This document shows positions 1-9,954 of a stretch of 64,000 nt of DNA, piece by piece. The translations under genes and the position numbers were made by a program. Source of the stretch: Planctomycetota bacterium. Its GTDB lineage: Bacteria > Planctomycetota > UBA8108 > SXIK01. Each line of letters starts with the position of its first letter. Within the stretch, counting starts at the first letter, position 1. The stretch is from NCBI GenBank assembly GCA_965223845.1, contig CBDCXR010000004.1, positions 3,264,001-3,328,000 on the forward strand, read 5' to 3'. The notes beneath the pieces were generated by a model. It was not told the DNA's origin. It made no database searches and worked only from the letters and a program-made list of their open reading frames with translations.

Positions 1-1311
1 GCCATCGCGCTCCGTCGCTCCGATCACCTGCCCGTGACGGAGTCCGCCGCCGGCGAGACACATCGACATCACCTCCGGCCAGTGGTTTCGGCCGTCGGTG
101 CTCCCTTGCGTCCCGATCATCGGCGTCCGCCCGAATTCACCCATCGCGATGACGAGTACATCGTTCAGCATTCCGCGCTCGTCGAGGTCGCTAACGAGTG
201 TCGTGAGCAGATGATCGAAGAGCGGAAGAAGGGGCGTAAGCCCCTTTCGGATTCCGCCGTAAGGCGGGATGTTGTCGCCGTGCGTGTCCCACGTACCCGA
301 AGCGCCGTGGTAGCTGAGGTCGATCGTGACAAACGCCGCTCCCGCTTCGACAAGGCGACGCGCGAGCAGCGCCTCTTGGCACCACAAGTGCGTGCCGAAG
401 CGTTCACGAACGGCTTCGGGTTCTCGCGCGAGATCGAACGCCTCGCGCGCGCGAGACCCCGACACCATCTCGACCGCTCGCTTCTGGTAGGTATCGAGCG
501 CAGCGATCGAACCGTCGACATCGAGATCGCGCCGCATGCGATCGAAGTCGTCGAGGAGCGTTCGGCGGCGGTGCACGCGACCGAGAGTCAGTCCCGGCGG
601 CAAGCCGAATAGACGCGCGCCCGTTCTTCGCCCGGTGTCGACGCCGACGTTCGTGTAGATCGGAAGATCCGCCGCGTGCTGAGCTATGAACGGATCGTAC
701 TCTTGACCGAGGTAGCCACCGTGCGCGATGTGAGACCGCGATGTCATGAAGGCGACATAAGGTGGCATCGCCGGTCGATTCGCGCCGTGGTGCCGCGCGA
801 CAATCGACGCGATCGCGGGGAATTTGTCGCCATTTGGATTGATGCGCGGAGCCGCCCGGCGATCGCCCGTTTGAAACACCTTGTTCGGCTCGTGATTGCT
901 CTTTCGTGCGTCGACGCTTCGAATGATCGTCAGCTTGTCGAGCATCGCGGCCTGCTTCGGCAGATGCTCGCACAGGACGACACCCGGGAGCCTCGTTCGG
1001 ATCACTCCGAACGGACCGCGGTTCTCGTAGGGTCGATCGGGCTTCGGATCCCAGGTGTCGATGTGACTCGGTCCGCCGGCCATCCACAGAAGGATGACAC
1101 TCTTCCCCGAAGGCGCTCGGGCGTTGCTCGGCGCGCTCCCAGCGCGCAGCTCGAGGAGGCGGGGCAGCGTGAGGCTACCGACACCCGCGAGACCGACCTT
1201 CATCATCCCGCGGCGGCTGACGACGGTCAGGCCTTCGTGAGCGCGCGCGTTCAAGTCGGTGAACGCGTGCGCGCCGTGTCCGGCGTGCGAGTTCGGGTGA
1301 AGCGTGTTCAC
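1..1311 (-). CDS. DUF1501 domain protein, Tat-like N-terminus (3' end runs off the window)
   Basis: Not in the ORF track because the stop is outside the window. Manual translation from GTG at 1311 (GGAGGAG upstream) gives SRRGMMKVG...VILLWMAGGPSHIDTWDPKP...DLDERGMLNDVLVIAMGEFGRTP...GRNHWP...LAGGGLRHGQVIGAT. Confidence 0.9.
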   Translation of the reverse strand, partial: MNTLHPNSHAGHGAHAFTDLNARAHEGLTVVSRRGMMKVGLAGVGSLTLPRLLELRAGSAPSNARAPSGKSVILLWMAGGPSHIDTWDPKPDRPYENRGPFGVIRTRLPGVVLCEHLPKQAAMLDKLTIIRSVDARKSNHEPNKVFQTGDRRAAPRINPNGDKFPAIASIVARHHGANRPAMPPYVAFMTSRSHIAHGGYLGQEYDPFIAQHAADLPIYTNVGVDTGRRTGARLFGLPPGLTLGRVHRRRTLLDDFDRMRRDLDVDGSIAALDTYQKRAVEMVSGSRAREAFDLAREPEAVRERFGTHLWCQEALLARRLVEAGAAFVTIDLSYHGASGTWDTHGDNIPPYGGIRKGLTPLLPLFDHLLTTLVSDLDERGMLNDVLVIAMGEFGRTPMIGTQGSTDGRNHWPEVMSMCLAGGGLRHGQVIGATERDG

Positions 1312-1562
1312 GGAACGGATCTCCTCCCCTGAGATGAAGGACACTCGCCGGCTCCCATACCACCACGACCGCCGGTGGATTCCCAGCGCAACTCTCCGGT
1401 TCGGGACGGTATCCACCTCGGAGCGCGCCACCCGTCCTCGCGAATTTCGCCGGCGAACGATAGAAAATCTTGGAAACGCGCCGGTACGGCTGGCGACATT
1501 TGGGGAAAGCCCGTACTGCGATCTCGCGCACTCGCCTCCTCCACCCTTCCGGAGCTCCGCTC

Positions 1563-2399
1563 ATGAATCGTGACGCGATCCTCTTCGGCCTCTCCTCGGC
1601 GATCTCGATCGCCGCGCTCGTCATCGCCCTTGCCGCCTGGAACGCGAGCTCGAGCCGATCTCCTTCAACCGAGATTCCGCAGATCCGAGCGGCGATGGAA
1701 ACAGCCGAAGAGAGCGCCGCCGGACTCCGCGCGCGGCTCGAGGAAGCCGAACGACACCTCAGCGAAGTTTCACAGCGGGTCGAGCAGCTTCGACTCGCGT
1801 CGACGACGCAGGCGGACGGATCGCCGAGCGGCGCCGACGGCGACCTCCCGCCGGAAGCGGTCGCGAAATTCGTCGCACGAGTCGAGGAGCTCGAAACCAA
1901 ATTCGACGAGATCCAGCAGCACGTCGACGAATCGCGCCAAGATTCCGAATCCGCTCCCGCGGCGGTCGCGCTCCTCGCGGATTTGCAGGCGACGGCGCTC
2001 GATCGCGAGCTGAGCGCGAACGCGCGACTCGAGTCGCTCCGACAATTGCGGTTTCGTCCGGGCGGACGCAGTCACGACGTCACGCTCTCCATGATCGAGC
2101 TCATTCAGGACCCCGAACTCGACTCCCGCCTTCGCGCGGACATCATCCGGCAGATGGACGGCGTCGACTTCGACGAGCTGAAGCAGCCGCTTCTCGATCT
2201 ACTCCGGAACGACACGCACGCCGAGACGAGGTCCGAAGCAATCGAGACGCTTCAAGTGTTCTACGAAGACGCGGTCGTGTACGAGGAGATCGCGCGGATT
2301 CGCGACAGCGAGACCGAGGACCTGCGGGTTCGCACGGAGGCGCAAGAGCGCCTGCGCAGATTCGACTCCGCGCGCGGGCAGTTGAGTGGCGACCGCTGA
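1563..2399 (+). CDS. Membrane-anchored hypothetical protein (N-terminal TM, coiled coil, HEAT-like C-terminus)
   Basis: ATG 1563 after GGAG; hydrophobic AISIAALVIALAAW; heptad-rich segment; helical repeats such as LLDLLRNDTHAETRSEAIETL. Confidence 0.7.
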   Translation: MNRDAILFGLSSAISIAALVIALAAWNASSSRSPSTEIPQIRAAMETAEESAAGLRARLEEAERHLSEVSQRVEQLRLASTTQADGSPSGADGDLPPEAVAKFVARVEELETKFDEIQQHVDESRQDSESAPAAVALLADLQATALDRELSANARLESLRQLRFRPGGRSHDVTLSMIELIQDPELDSRLRADIIRQMDGVDFDELKQPLLDLLRNDTHAETRSEAIETLQVFYEDAVVYEEIARIRDSETEDLRVRTEAQERLRRFDSARGQLSGDR

Positions 2400-2512
2400 A
2401 CCCCCGCTCTTCGTTCGCTGCGCCGATTCGATCGCGTGACAGCCGAAGACGCGAGATGGTACGGTGGTCCGCAGCTCGGGTGGATTCGAAATCGACGAAG
2501 CGCGGAGCGCGC

Positions 2513-3883
2513 ATGTTTAGTCTTCACTACAGTCGACGGGACGTATTGCGGTCGAGCGTCGGGGTCGCGGGTCTGACGCTTCCGACATTTCTTCATCTTC
2601 GCAGCTCAGCCGAGGCGGCCCGCCCGAAAGCGAACTCTTGCATCGTCCTCTACCTATGGGGTGGCCTCAGTCACTACGAATCGTTCGATCCAAAGCCCGA
2701 GGCTCCATCCGAGCTCCGCGGTGAGTTCGCCGCGATCTCGACGGCGACTCCGGGGATCCAGTTCTGCGAGCACATCCCGCTTCTCGCCAAGCACTCCGAG
2801 AAGCTCGCGATCGTCCGTTCCGTCCATCACACACAGGGCGGCCATCAGCAGGGCATGTACGTAAACATGACCGGCCAAAATCCGCCGGGCGGTGTGCGGG
2901 CGAAGAACCGTTCGAACTGGCCGTCGCTCACGGCGATGATTTCGCGCTTCCGTGACGCGCGACCCGACACGCTTCGGTCGGTGCGCGTGCCGTACTCGAT
3001 GTACGACAACGGCACGCTCATGGCGGGAGATGACGCGGGTTGGCTCGGTCCCGAGCACGATCCGATCCTCCTCCGCACGCCGGCAGGACGTCCGTTCAAG
3101 GGCGTGACGCGCTACAACGAGCGCGAGCTCGATCTCCGTCTCAATCTCTCTCGAACGCGCTTCGCCGCGCGGCGATCGCTTCTCGAGCAGCTCGAGCGTC
3201 GTCTCGAGGGAACCGACGAGTCGACCGCCGTCTCGGAACCCGCGTACGACCGGCTCGATCAGTACCGCAAGATGGCGGCGGACCTCCTTCTCGATTCGGC
3301 AGTGAAGCGTGCTTACGAGTTAGAGAGAGAGGATCCGGCGACGCGTGAGCTCTACGGAGATCACGTCTGCGGTCAGAGTCTCCTTCTCGCACGGCGACTG
3401 ACGGAGGCCGGCGTGCCCGTCGTACAGGTTCTCTGCTCGGCCGGCGACCTCGCCGGCGGCAACGGAGACAATTGGGATACCCACCACACGCACTTTCCGA
3501 GAATGAAGGATCGCCTACTTCCGGTGTTCGATCGATCGGCGTCGGCGCTACTCACGGATCTCGAGCGACGCGGACGACTCGGCGACACTCTCGTCGTCGT
3601 GCTCACCGACTTTGGCCGTACACCGAGAGTGAATCAACGCGGCGGACGCGACCACCATCCAGGCGTATACTCGATCGCCTTAGCCGGCGGCGGAATCCGC
3701 GGCGGGCAGGTCTACGGAAGCAGCGACCGCCACGGGGCGAAGCCGGCGACCGATCCCTGCTCCCCCGGTGATGTTCATGCGACGATCTACCGCGCGCTCG
3801 GCATCTCGCATCGCGCAGAGCTGCACGACTCCCTCGGACGTCCGTACCAAATCTGCAACGGCGATCCCCTTCCGCTCCTTTGA
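2513..3883 (+). CDS. DUF1501 domain protein, Tat signal
   Basis: SRRDVL; LWGGLSHYESFDPKP; WDTH; DFGRTP; GRDH; AGGGIRGGQVYGSSD. Confidence 0.9.
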   Translation: MFSLHYSRRDVLRSSVGVAGLTLPTFLHLRSSAEAARPKANSCIVLYLWGGLSHYESFDPKPEAPSELRGEFAAISTATPGIQFCEHIPLLAKHSEKLAIVRSVHHTQGGHQQGMYVNMTGQNPPGGVRAKNRSNWPSLTAMISRFRDARPDTLRSVRVPYSMYDNGTLMAGDDAGWLGPEHDPILLRTPAGRPFKGVTRYNERELDLRLNLSRTRFAARRSLLEQLERRLEGTDESTAVSEPAYDRLDQYRKMAADLLLDSAVKRAYELEREDPATRELYGDHVCGQSLLLARRLTEAGVPVVQVLCSAGDLAGGNGDNWDTHHTHFPRMKDRLLPVFDRSASALLTDLERRGRLGDTLVVVLTDFGRTPRVNQRGGRDHHPGVYSIALAGGGIRGGQVYGSSDRHGAKPATDPCSPGDVHATIYRALGISHRAELHDSLGRPYQICNGDPLPLL

Positions 3884-3926
3884 GCCGGAATCGTTCCCGC
3901 CGCAAACTCGATCGCCGAGTGAGCGT

Positions 3927-5300
3927 ATGAGCGAATCCCCGAGAACGAAGACCGGCGGCCTCCGCCGGCGGCGATTTCTGGCAACTTGCGCGGCTCTCGG
4001 TGCCGGCGCGACGGCCCGTCCGTTTGCGCTCGGGGCGGAGGCGAATCGAAACAGTAAGCTCCGCGTCCTCCAAATCGGGGCCGGAGGAATCGGCGAGCTG
4101 GATCGCCGACAGCTCAAACGACATCCCAAGGTCGAGTTCGCCGGATTCTGTGACGTCGATCGGACGGCCCTCGCCCGCGTCGGCGCTGAACATCCTTCGG
4201 CATTCACGCTCGTCGACTATCGCGATGCGTTCGCTCACCATCTCGAGCGCTTCGACGCGGTCATCGTCGACACGCCGGACTTTCATCACGCGCCGATGAT
4301 GATGACGGCGCTCAAGCACCGAAAGCACGTCTACGGGCAAAAGCCGCTCGTTCACCAGCTCGATGAGCTCCGCGTTCTCGGCGCCGCGGTGCGTCAGCGC
4401 CCCGAGGTGGTCACGCAGATGGGCAATCAACGCGCGAGCGTGACGGGACGCATGCAGGCCGTCGAGATGCTCCGACGAAACCAACTCGGACGCCCGATCG
4501 CCGCGTACGTCTGGACCGGCATGGTCGAGCGGAGCTCGCACTTCGCAGCTCCGTGGAGCTCGGTGCCGGAGGCCCAGCCGATCCCACCAGGGCTCGCGTG
4601 GAATCTCTGGAACGGGCCACTCACCGAGCCGTTTCCGTTCAGCGACGAGCTCGCACCGAAGCGTTGGCGAGCCTTCTGGGCGACCGGAGGCGGGCAGCTC
4701 GCGGATTGGGGATGCCATCTTATCGACGCGCTCTACTTCGCCTACGACCTGCCGTCGCCCGTCGCCGTTCAGACGAACACGATCCGACCGTCGGGCACGG
4801 GACACTCGGCGTACAACCAGAGCACGATCACGTATCCGGGCGGCGAGCGGTTCGCCGGGAAGACGTTCGCCCTGTTCTACAACGACAGCCGAATTCGGCC
4901 GTCGTTCGCATCGCTCGGATTGCCGCCCCAGCGACCCGGCGAGAATCAGACTCTCGTCGTGTGCGAAGAGGGCGCACTTCTCCTCGGTGATCTCGGCAAG
5001 ATCGAGGTCTTTCGCGGCGGCCGACTGGCGAAGGACGAACCGCTTCCCGACGTCGAGCCGTGTGACCACTGGATCGACTGGGTCGATCGCTGCCTGGGCG
5101 CGACGAAGCCCGTCTGGTCGCCGTTTTCGACGTCCCTCCGCATCACCGAGCCCTGCCTTCTCGCGGTGAAGGCGACGCGGTTCCCGGGGGAAGAGCTGCT
5201 GTGGGACGGCGCGAGCTTTCGGTTTCGAAATCACGACGGAGCCAATCGGGAGCTCCTCCGGCGCGACTACCGCGACGGATTCGCGCCGCCCGCCGTGTGA
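3927..5300 (+). CDS. Gfo/Idh/MocA family oxidoreductase, Tat signal
   Basis: RRRFL; IGAGGIG Rossmann motif; TPDFHH; HVYGQKPL; QMGNQ; DWGCHLID. Confidence 0.9.
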   Translation: MSESPRTKTGGLRRRRFLATCAALGAGATARPFALGAEANRNSKLRVLQIGAGGIGELDRRQLKRHPKVEFAGFCDVDRTALARVGAEHPSAFTLVDYRDAFAHHLERFDAVIVDTPDFHHAPMMMTALKHRKHVYGQKPLVHQLDELRVLGAAVRQRPEVVTQMGNQRASVTGRMQAVEMLRRNQLGRPIAAYVWTGMVERSSHFAAPWSSVPEAQPIPPGLAWNLWNGPLTEPFPFSDELAPKRWRAFWATGGGQLADWGCHLIDALYFAYDLPSPVAVQTNTIRPSGTGHSAYNQSTITYPGGERFAGKTFALFYNDSRIRPSFASLGLPPQRPGENQTLVVCEEGALLLGDLGKIEVFRGGRLAKDEPLPDVEPCDHWIDWVDRCLGATKPVWSPFSTSLRITEPCLLAVKATRFPGEELLWDGASFRFRNHDGANRELLRRDYRDGFAPPAV

Positions 5301-5321
5301 CGCTTCCAGTCTCGCCGCTGC

Positions 5322-5723
5322 TCAGCGCTTCCAGAAAGTGAGCAGGTTTCCCGACGGGTCGACGATGTTCATGTCCGTTCCCTCACCCGTTCCCCGGGGA
5401 TCCACGAGCGCCGGCCGCTCGCCCTCCGTCACCTTCGCCGAGAGGTGCTCGCAGTAGCGCTCGATTCCGTGCACGGGAATTCGCACTTCGGAGATCGGGG
5501 CGCCTTCGTCGGCGTGGCCGTTCAGATGGAGGACTGCGTCGCCCTGGCGGATCTGCATGTAGAGCGGTGAATCGTCGGTGAATCGATGCTCCCAATCGAT
5601 CGCAAACCCGAGAAAGTCGACGTAGAACGCCCGCGCTTTCGCTTCGTCGAGCATTCGCACGACGGGGATCGACGATCCGATGTGAAACGCGCTTGAGGTG
5701 GGATCGACGGCTTCGGCGGACAT
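5322..5723 (-). CDS. Glyoxalase/VOC superfamily protein
   Basis: KARAFYVDFLGFAIDWEHRF; DPSGNLLTF. Confidence 0.85.
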   Translation of the reverse strand: MSAEAVDPTSSAFHIGSSIPVVRMLDEAKARAFYVDFLGFAIDWEHRFTDDSPLYMQIRQGDAVLHLNGHADEGAPISEVRIPVHGIERYCEHLSAKVTEGERPALVDPRGTGEGTDMNIVDPSGNLLTFWKR

Positions 5724-6028
5724 GTTTCCTCTTTCGCGGGGTTCGTCGCGCATCGCAATCGCTGCCAGATGTAGGCGATTCGAACGAACGGCATCTTACC
5801 CGCAACCCTCACCCGATCCGATCCGCGAAGCTGCGACCCGACTCACGGCGAGAACCGATGAGGAGACGACGCCGCGGCGGTCGGAGTCTGGTGAGCAATC
5901 TCGCGGTAGCTCATGAAACCGATCGGCGAAAAGCACGGGTAGCGACGCGGTCGTCCACGGGAGAGAATGCTCGAGGTCGCGACGTGAGCACGTCGACGCG
6001 TTCTCCCAGCTCGAAGGAAGGGTATCTC

Positions 6029-8248
6029 ATGAAACTCACCCGCGAGAGGATGGGTGCGCGGCGCCAGCCGAGTCACGCCGCGCCCATTCGTGCTTTCGTT
6101 CTCTGCTCGGTCGCGCTCGCTGGAGCGAGAGGACCGGCCGGCGCATCGGGGACGGAGGCCTGGTCGGCGCTTCCGAACATGCCAGTGCCGCGCTGGGAAG
6201 CCGGGACGGTCGTTCTCGACGACCGCCTCTACGTGTTCGGGGGCTACACGGTCGGCACCCGATCGAGCAGGCGAGCGGACGTGTTCGATCCGGTCGAGCA
6301 GAGCTGGACAAAGCTCGCCGATCTCCCGAGCGCGATCACTCACATGAACACCGTGCTCGACGGGCGCTTGATCTGGTTCGCCGGCGGATTCAAAGACGGA
6401 TACAAGGGGCACGCGATCACCGAGGTTTGGCGATACGACGTCGACGAAGACGCGTACACCGCCGCGCCTCCGCTCCCCGAGCCGCGAGCCGGAGGAGGTC
6501 TCGCTCTCGTCGGGCGCCGGCTTCACTACATCGGCGGTCTTCTACCCGACCGTCTCACCGATGCCCCCGACCACTGGGTACTCGACCTCGATGAGGTCGC
6601 GACGGGAGCGGGGTCGTGGAAAGCCGCTCCGCCGCTCCCCGAACCGCGCAATCAGTTCGGGACGGTGAGCGTCGACGGGAAGATCTACGCCATGGGAGGT
6701 CAGTTCGGTCACGATCGCGGTCAGATCGATCAGGCGCGAGTCGACGTGTACGATCCGTCGACCCAACGTTGGACGCGGGCGGCCGACCTTCCGAAGGGAC
6801 ACTCTCATGCCGAAGGGAGCACGTTCGTCCACGGCGGGACGATCTACATGATGGGAGGCATGACTCGCGTCGGGCGGACGCGCCGAATCGACGACGCCAT
6901 CTGGTCGCTATCGCCAGGGGGAACGTGGGAGATCCTCGGTACCCTGCCGCGTGCCCTCTCGTCGCCCGCGGCCGCGATCATCGGCGATCGACTCTTCGTC
7001 GCCGGAGGCTCACTCGATGGTCGCGATCCGCAGCCCGGGATGTGGGTTCGTTCTGCGCCTGGAAACTCGGTCGGGACGGAGCGGTGGCCGGGTTGGCTCG
7101 GTCCGGATCGAAACGGCTGGGTGAGCGGGTTTCAGCCCCCCGCGTCTTGGCCGGATCGTCTCGAAGAGCGATGGCGAGTGACGGTCGGTGCGGGCTACGG
7201 CTCGCCGCTCGTTTCGGACGGAAGAGTGTACCAACACGCTCGCCAAGAGAACGAAGAGGTCGTCTGGTGCCTCCGCCTCGAGTCAGGCGACGTCGAGTGG
7301 CGGAAGAGCTACCTCGCCCCGTTCAAGATGGGAGGGGGCGGAGAGCGTCACGGGAAGGGACCCAAGTCTTGTCCGGTGCTCGCCGACGGCCGGCTCTTTA
7401 CGCTCAGTATCACCGGAGTCCTCACCGCTTGGGACGCCGGTTCGGGCGAGCGACTCTGGCGGCGCGACTACGGCCCTCGGTTCAAGAGCGCCCACCCTTA
7501 CTGGGGAGTCGCGACGTCGCCGATCGTCGACGGCGACCGCGTCATCGTCCATCTCGGAACGGATGACGAGGGCGCGCTCGTCGCGTTCGACGTCGAGAGC
7601 GGAAACGAAGTCTGGCGGCAGGGCAAGGACGGCGCCTCGTACTCGTCCCCACTCGTCGTCGAGCTCCACGGAGTTCGCCAGATCGTCGAGTGGAACCACC
7701 GCGCGCTCGCCGGGGTCGAGACGAGTTCCGGGCGCCTCCTCTGGGAGTTCGAGTTTCCGCACGTCGGCAACAATCAGAACATGCCGACGCCGGCCGTTCA
7801 CCGCGGGCGAGTGCTCGTCGGCGGAGAGAACCGGGGCGTTCACAGTATCGAACCGCGTCTCGAGAACGGTGTGTGGACCGCGACTCGCCGCTGGAGTCAA
7901 AAGAACGTCGCACTCGACATGAGCTCGGCCGTCGTCAATGACGACCTACTCTTCGGCTTCTCGCACTACCGTCGCGGACAACTGTTCTGTCTCGATCCCG
8001 AGACGGGCGACATCCGATGGCAGGGTCCGGGGCGAACCGGCGAGAACGTGATGTTTCTCGCGTTCCCCGGTCACGTCGCCGCGCTTCTCGACGGCGGCGA
8101 GCTCCGCGTGATTCGAGCGAGCGGCGACCAGCTCGAGACGGTGGCTTCCTATCGCGTCTCGGAGAATCCGACTTGGGCGCCTCCCGTCATTTTGCGCGGC
8201 GGCGTTCTCGTCAAAGACACCGAGACCCTGACCTATTGGTCGTGGTAG
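6029..8248 (+). CDS. Secreted Kelch-repeat plus PQQ-like (BamB-type) beta-propeller fusion protein
   Basis: ATG 6029 after GAAGGAAGG; Kelch repeats (LYVFGG, IWFAGG, IYAMGG, LFVAGG) followed by WPGWLGPDRNG and repeated G..W propeller blades. Confidence 0.85.
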   Translation: MKLTRERMGARRQPSHAAPIRAFVLCSVALAGARGPAGASGTEAWSALPNMPVPRWEAGTVVLDDRLYVFGGYTVGTRSSRRADVFDPVEQSWTKLADLPSAITHMNTVLDGRLIWFAGGFKDGYKGHAITEVWRYDVDEDAYTAAPPLPEPRAGGGLALVGRRLHYIGGLLPDRLTDAPDHWVLDLDEVATGAGSWKAAPPLPEPRNQFGTVSVDGKIYAMGGQFGHDRGQIDQARVDVYDPSTQRWTRAADLPKGHSHAEGSTFVHGGTIYMMGGMTRVGRTRRIDDAIWSLSPGGTWEILGTLPRALSSPAAAIIGDRLFVAGGSLDGRDPQPGMWVRSAPGNSVGTERWPGWLGPDRNGWVSGFQPPASWPDRLEERWRVTVGAGYGSPLVSDGRVYQHARQENEEVVWCLRLESGDVEWRKSYLAPFKMGGGGERHGKGPKSCPVLADGRLFTLSITGVLTAWDAGSGERLWRRDYGPRFKSAHPYWGVATSPIVDGDRVIVHLGTDDEGALVAFDVESGNEVWRQGKDGASYSSPLVVELHGVRQIVEWNHRALAGVETSSGRLLWEFEFPHVGNNQNMPTPAVHRGRVLVGGENRGVHSIEPRLENGVWTATRRWSQKNVALDMSSAVVNDDLLFGFSHYRRGQLFCLDPETGDIRWQGPGRTGENVMFLAFPGHVAALLDGGELRVIRASGDQLETVASYRVSENPTWAPPVILRGGVLVKDTETLTYWSW

Positions 8249-8359
8249 CGACGCTTCCGCTCCGCGGCGTCCCGTGCGAACTAGCGGGTGGGATGTCGCC
8301 GGTCGTGTCCGTCGAACCGGACTCGGCGACGCCTCCCCTCCGCGGCGTAGCGTTCTCGC

Positions 8360-8755
8360 TCAATCGAACGCGAATCCTTCGTCCTTCCATCCCTCCACAC
8401 CGCCGAGCATCTCCTTTACGGGTAAGCCGAGAGAAGCGATTGCCACGGCCGCTTTGTTTGCACCGTTACAGTGTGGACCGGCGCAGTAGACGACGTAGGT
8501 CGATTCGTTCGCGAGGGCCGGAAGCGTCTCGGCGGAGATTCTCCAGTGCGGTAGGTGAATCGCGGTCGGCACGTGCGCCCGTCGATAGAGCTCTTCCGAG
8601 CGAACGTCGAGGAGCACGAAATCGCCGCTGCCACTTTCGATCGCTTCATGCACGTCCCAGCAGTCCGTCTCGAACGAGAGCCGGGCACGAAAGTGAGCGA
8701 GCGCGACATCCGGCTCTGCGGCCGGGATCCGTGTGACATTCGATGGTGCGTTCAT
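8360..8755 (-). CDS. Rhodanese-like domain protein
   Basis: FETDCWDV; LLDVRS; VVYCAGPHCNGA; GGVEGWKDEG; divergent from an ftrA-like gene. Confidence 0.9.
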   Translation of the reverse strand: MNAPSNVTRIPAAEPDVALAHFRARLSFETDCWDVHEAIESGSGDFVLLDVRSEELYRRAHVPTAIHLPHWRISAETLPALANESTYVVYCAGPHCNGANKAAVAIASLGLPVKEMLGGVEGWKDEGFAFD

Positions 8756-8838
8756 TCTTCCCTGCCTCGTGGGAATCGACGGGTGAGTCTACGGCAACTC
8801 ATGGCAGCGATTCTACTCATGGAGCGCTCGGTGACGAT

Positions 8839-8873
8839 TGGCAGGAATGACGATGATCGATAAAATTCTGCCA
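8839..8873. promoter_or_regulatory. Inverted repeat, candidate operator for the FtrA-like regulator
   Basis: TGGCAGGAAT (8839-8848) ... AATTCTGCCA (8864-8873) between the divergent rhodanese and ftrA-like genes. Confidence 0.45.
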
Positions 8874-9874
8874 TTCCTCGAAATGCTCGACGCCAGCGGA
8901 CGGAGAACCGAAGAGTCGTCGTCGTCGCGTACGATCGTTTGGCGACGTTCGAGTTCGGCGTCGCAGTCGAGGTCTTTGGGCTGCCGCGGCCCGAGCTCGA
9001 TCCCTGGTACACGTTCTCGGTGTGCTCCGTCGACGAGAACCCCCTTCGCGCCACGGGTGGCTTCACGCTCACGGTCGACAAAGGTCTCGGCGCGCTTCGA
9101 TCCGCTGGGACCATAATCGTCCCGGGGTGGCGTGACGTGGGAGAGCGCCCACCCGAAGCGCTGACGCGGGCGCTCGGCCGTGCGCACGAGCGCGGCGCGC
9201 GACTCGTGTCGCTCTGCTCGGGGGCGTTCGTCCTCGCCGCGACGGGTCTCCTCGACGGCCGGCGTGCGGCTACGCATTGGCGCTACGCGAGCGAGCTGAG
9301 CCGCCGGTATCCGGCGATCGAGGTCGACTCGAGCGTCCTCTACGTCGACGACGGTCGTCTCCTAACGGCGGCCGGCAGCGCGGCGGCGATCGACCTCTGC
9401 CTCCACCTCGTCCGCCGCGACTTCGGAGCGCGAGTCGCGGCGAAAGTCGCGCGGCGGCTCGTGGTCTCTCCTCACCGCGAGGGTGGACAGGCGCAGTTCG
9501 TCGATACGCCGATGGGCCCTGATTCAGGCGACGACATCGCCGAGCTGATGGATTGGCTGCGAAGCCGACTCAAGGATGAACATCGCATCGAGAGCTTGGC
9601 GAAACACCTCCACGTCAGTGAACGCACGCTGGCGCGGCGATTTCACCAGCGGACGGGGACGACGCCGATGCGCTGGCTCGCCCGCGAACGGGTCCGCCAC
9701 GCTCAGCTTCTCCTCGAGTCGACGAACCTCGGGGTCGAAGACATCGCGCGTGAATGCGGACTCGGTTCAGCGCAGCTCCTTCGTTTCCATTTTCATCGCG
9801 CCGTGGGAACGACACCGACGGCGTATCGAACCGCATTCTGCGGAGCTCGTTCTCCGGGGAGCGCATCCCGGTAG
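8847..9874 (+). CDS. ftrA: FtrA/GlxA-type AraC regulator with DJ-1 domain; 5' end apparently frameshifted
   Basis: RVVVVAYDRLATFEFGVAVEVFGLPRPE; SLCSGAFVLAA; THW; TAAGSAAAIDLCLH; AraC HTH. The main frame has no canonical start before the conserved first strand. Confidence 0.8.
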
Positions 9875-9954
9875 ACGGCTCTCGGGCGCAGACGACGGCA
9901 CGGTCTTTCCGCTCGCATCGACGGCGTCGAGGGTACAATCGACGCCGCGAACCG

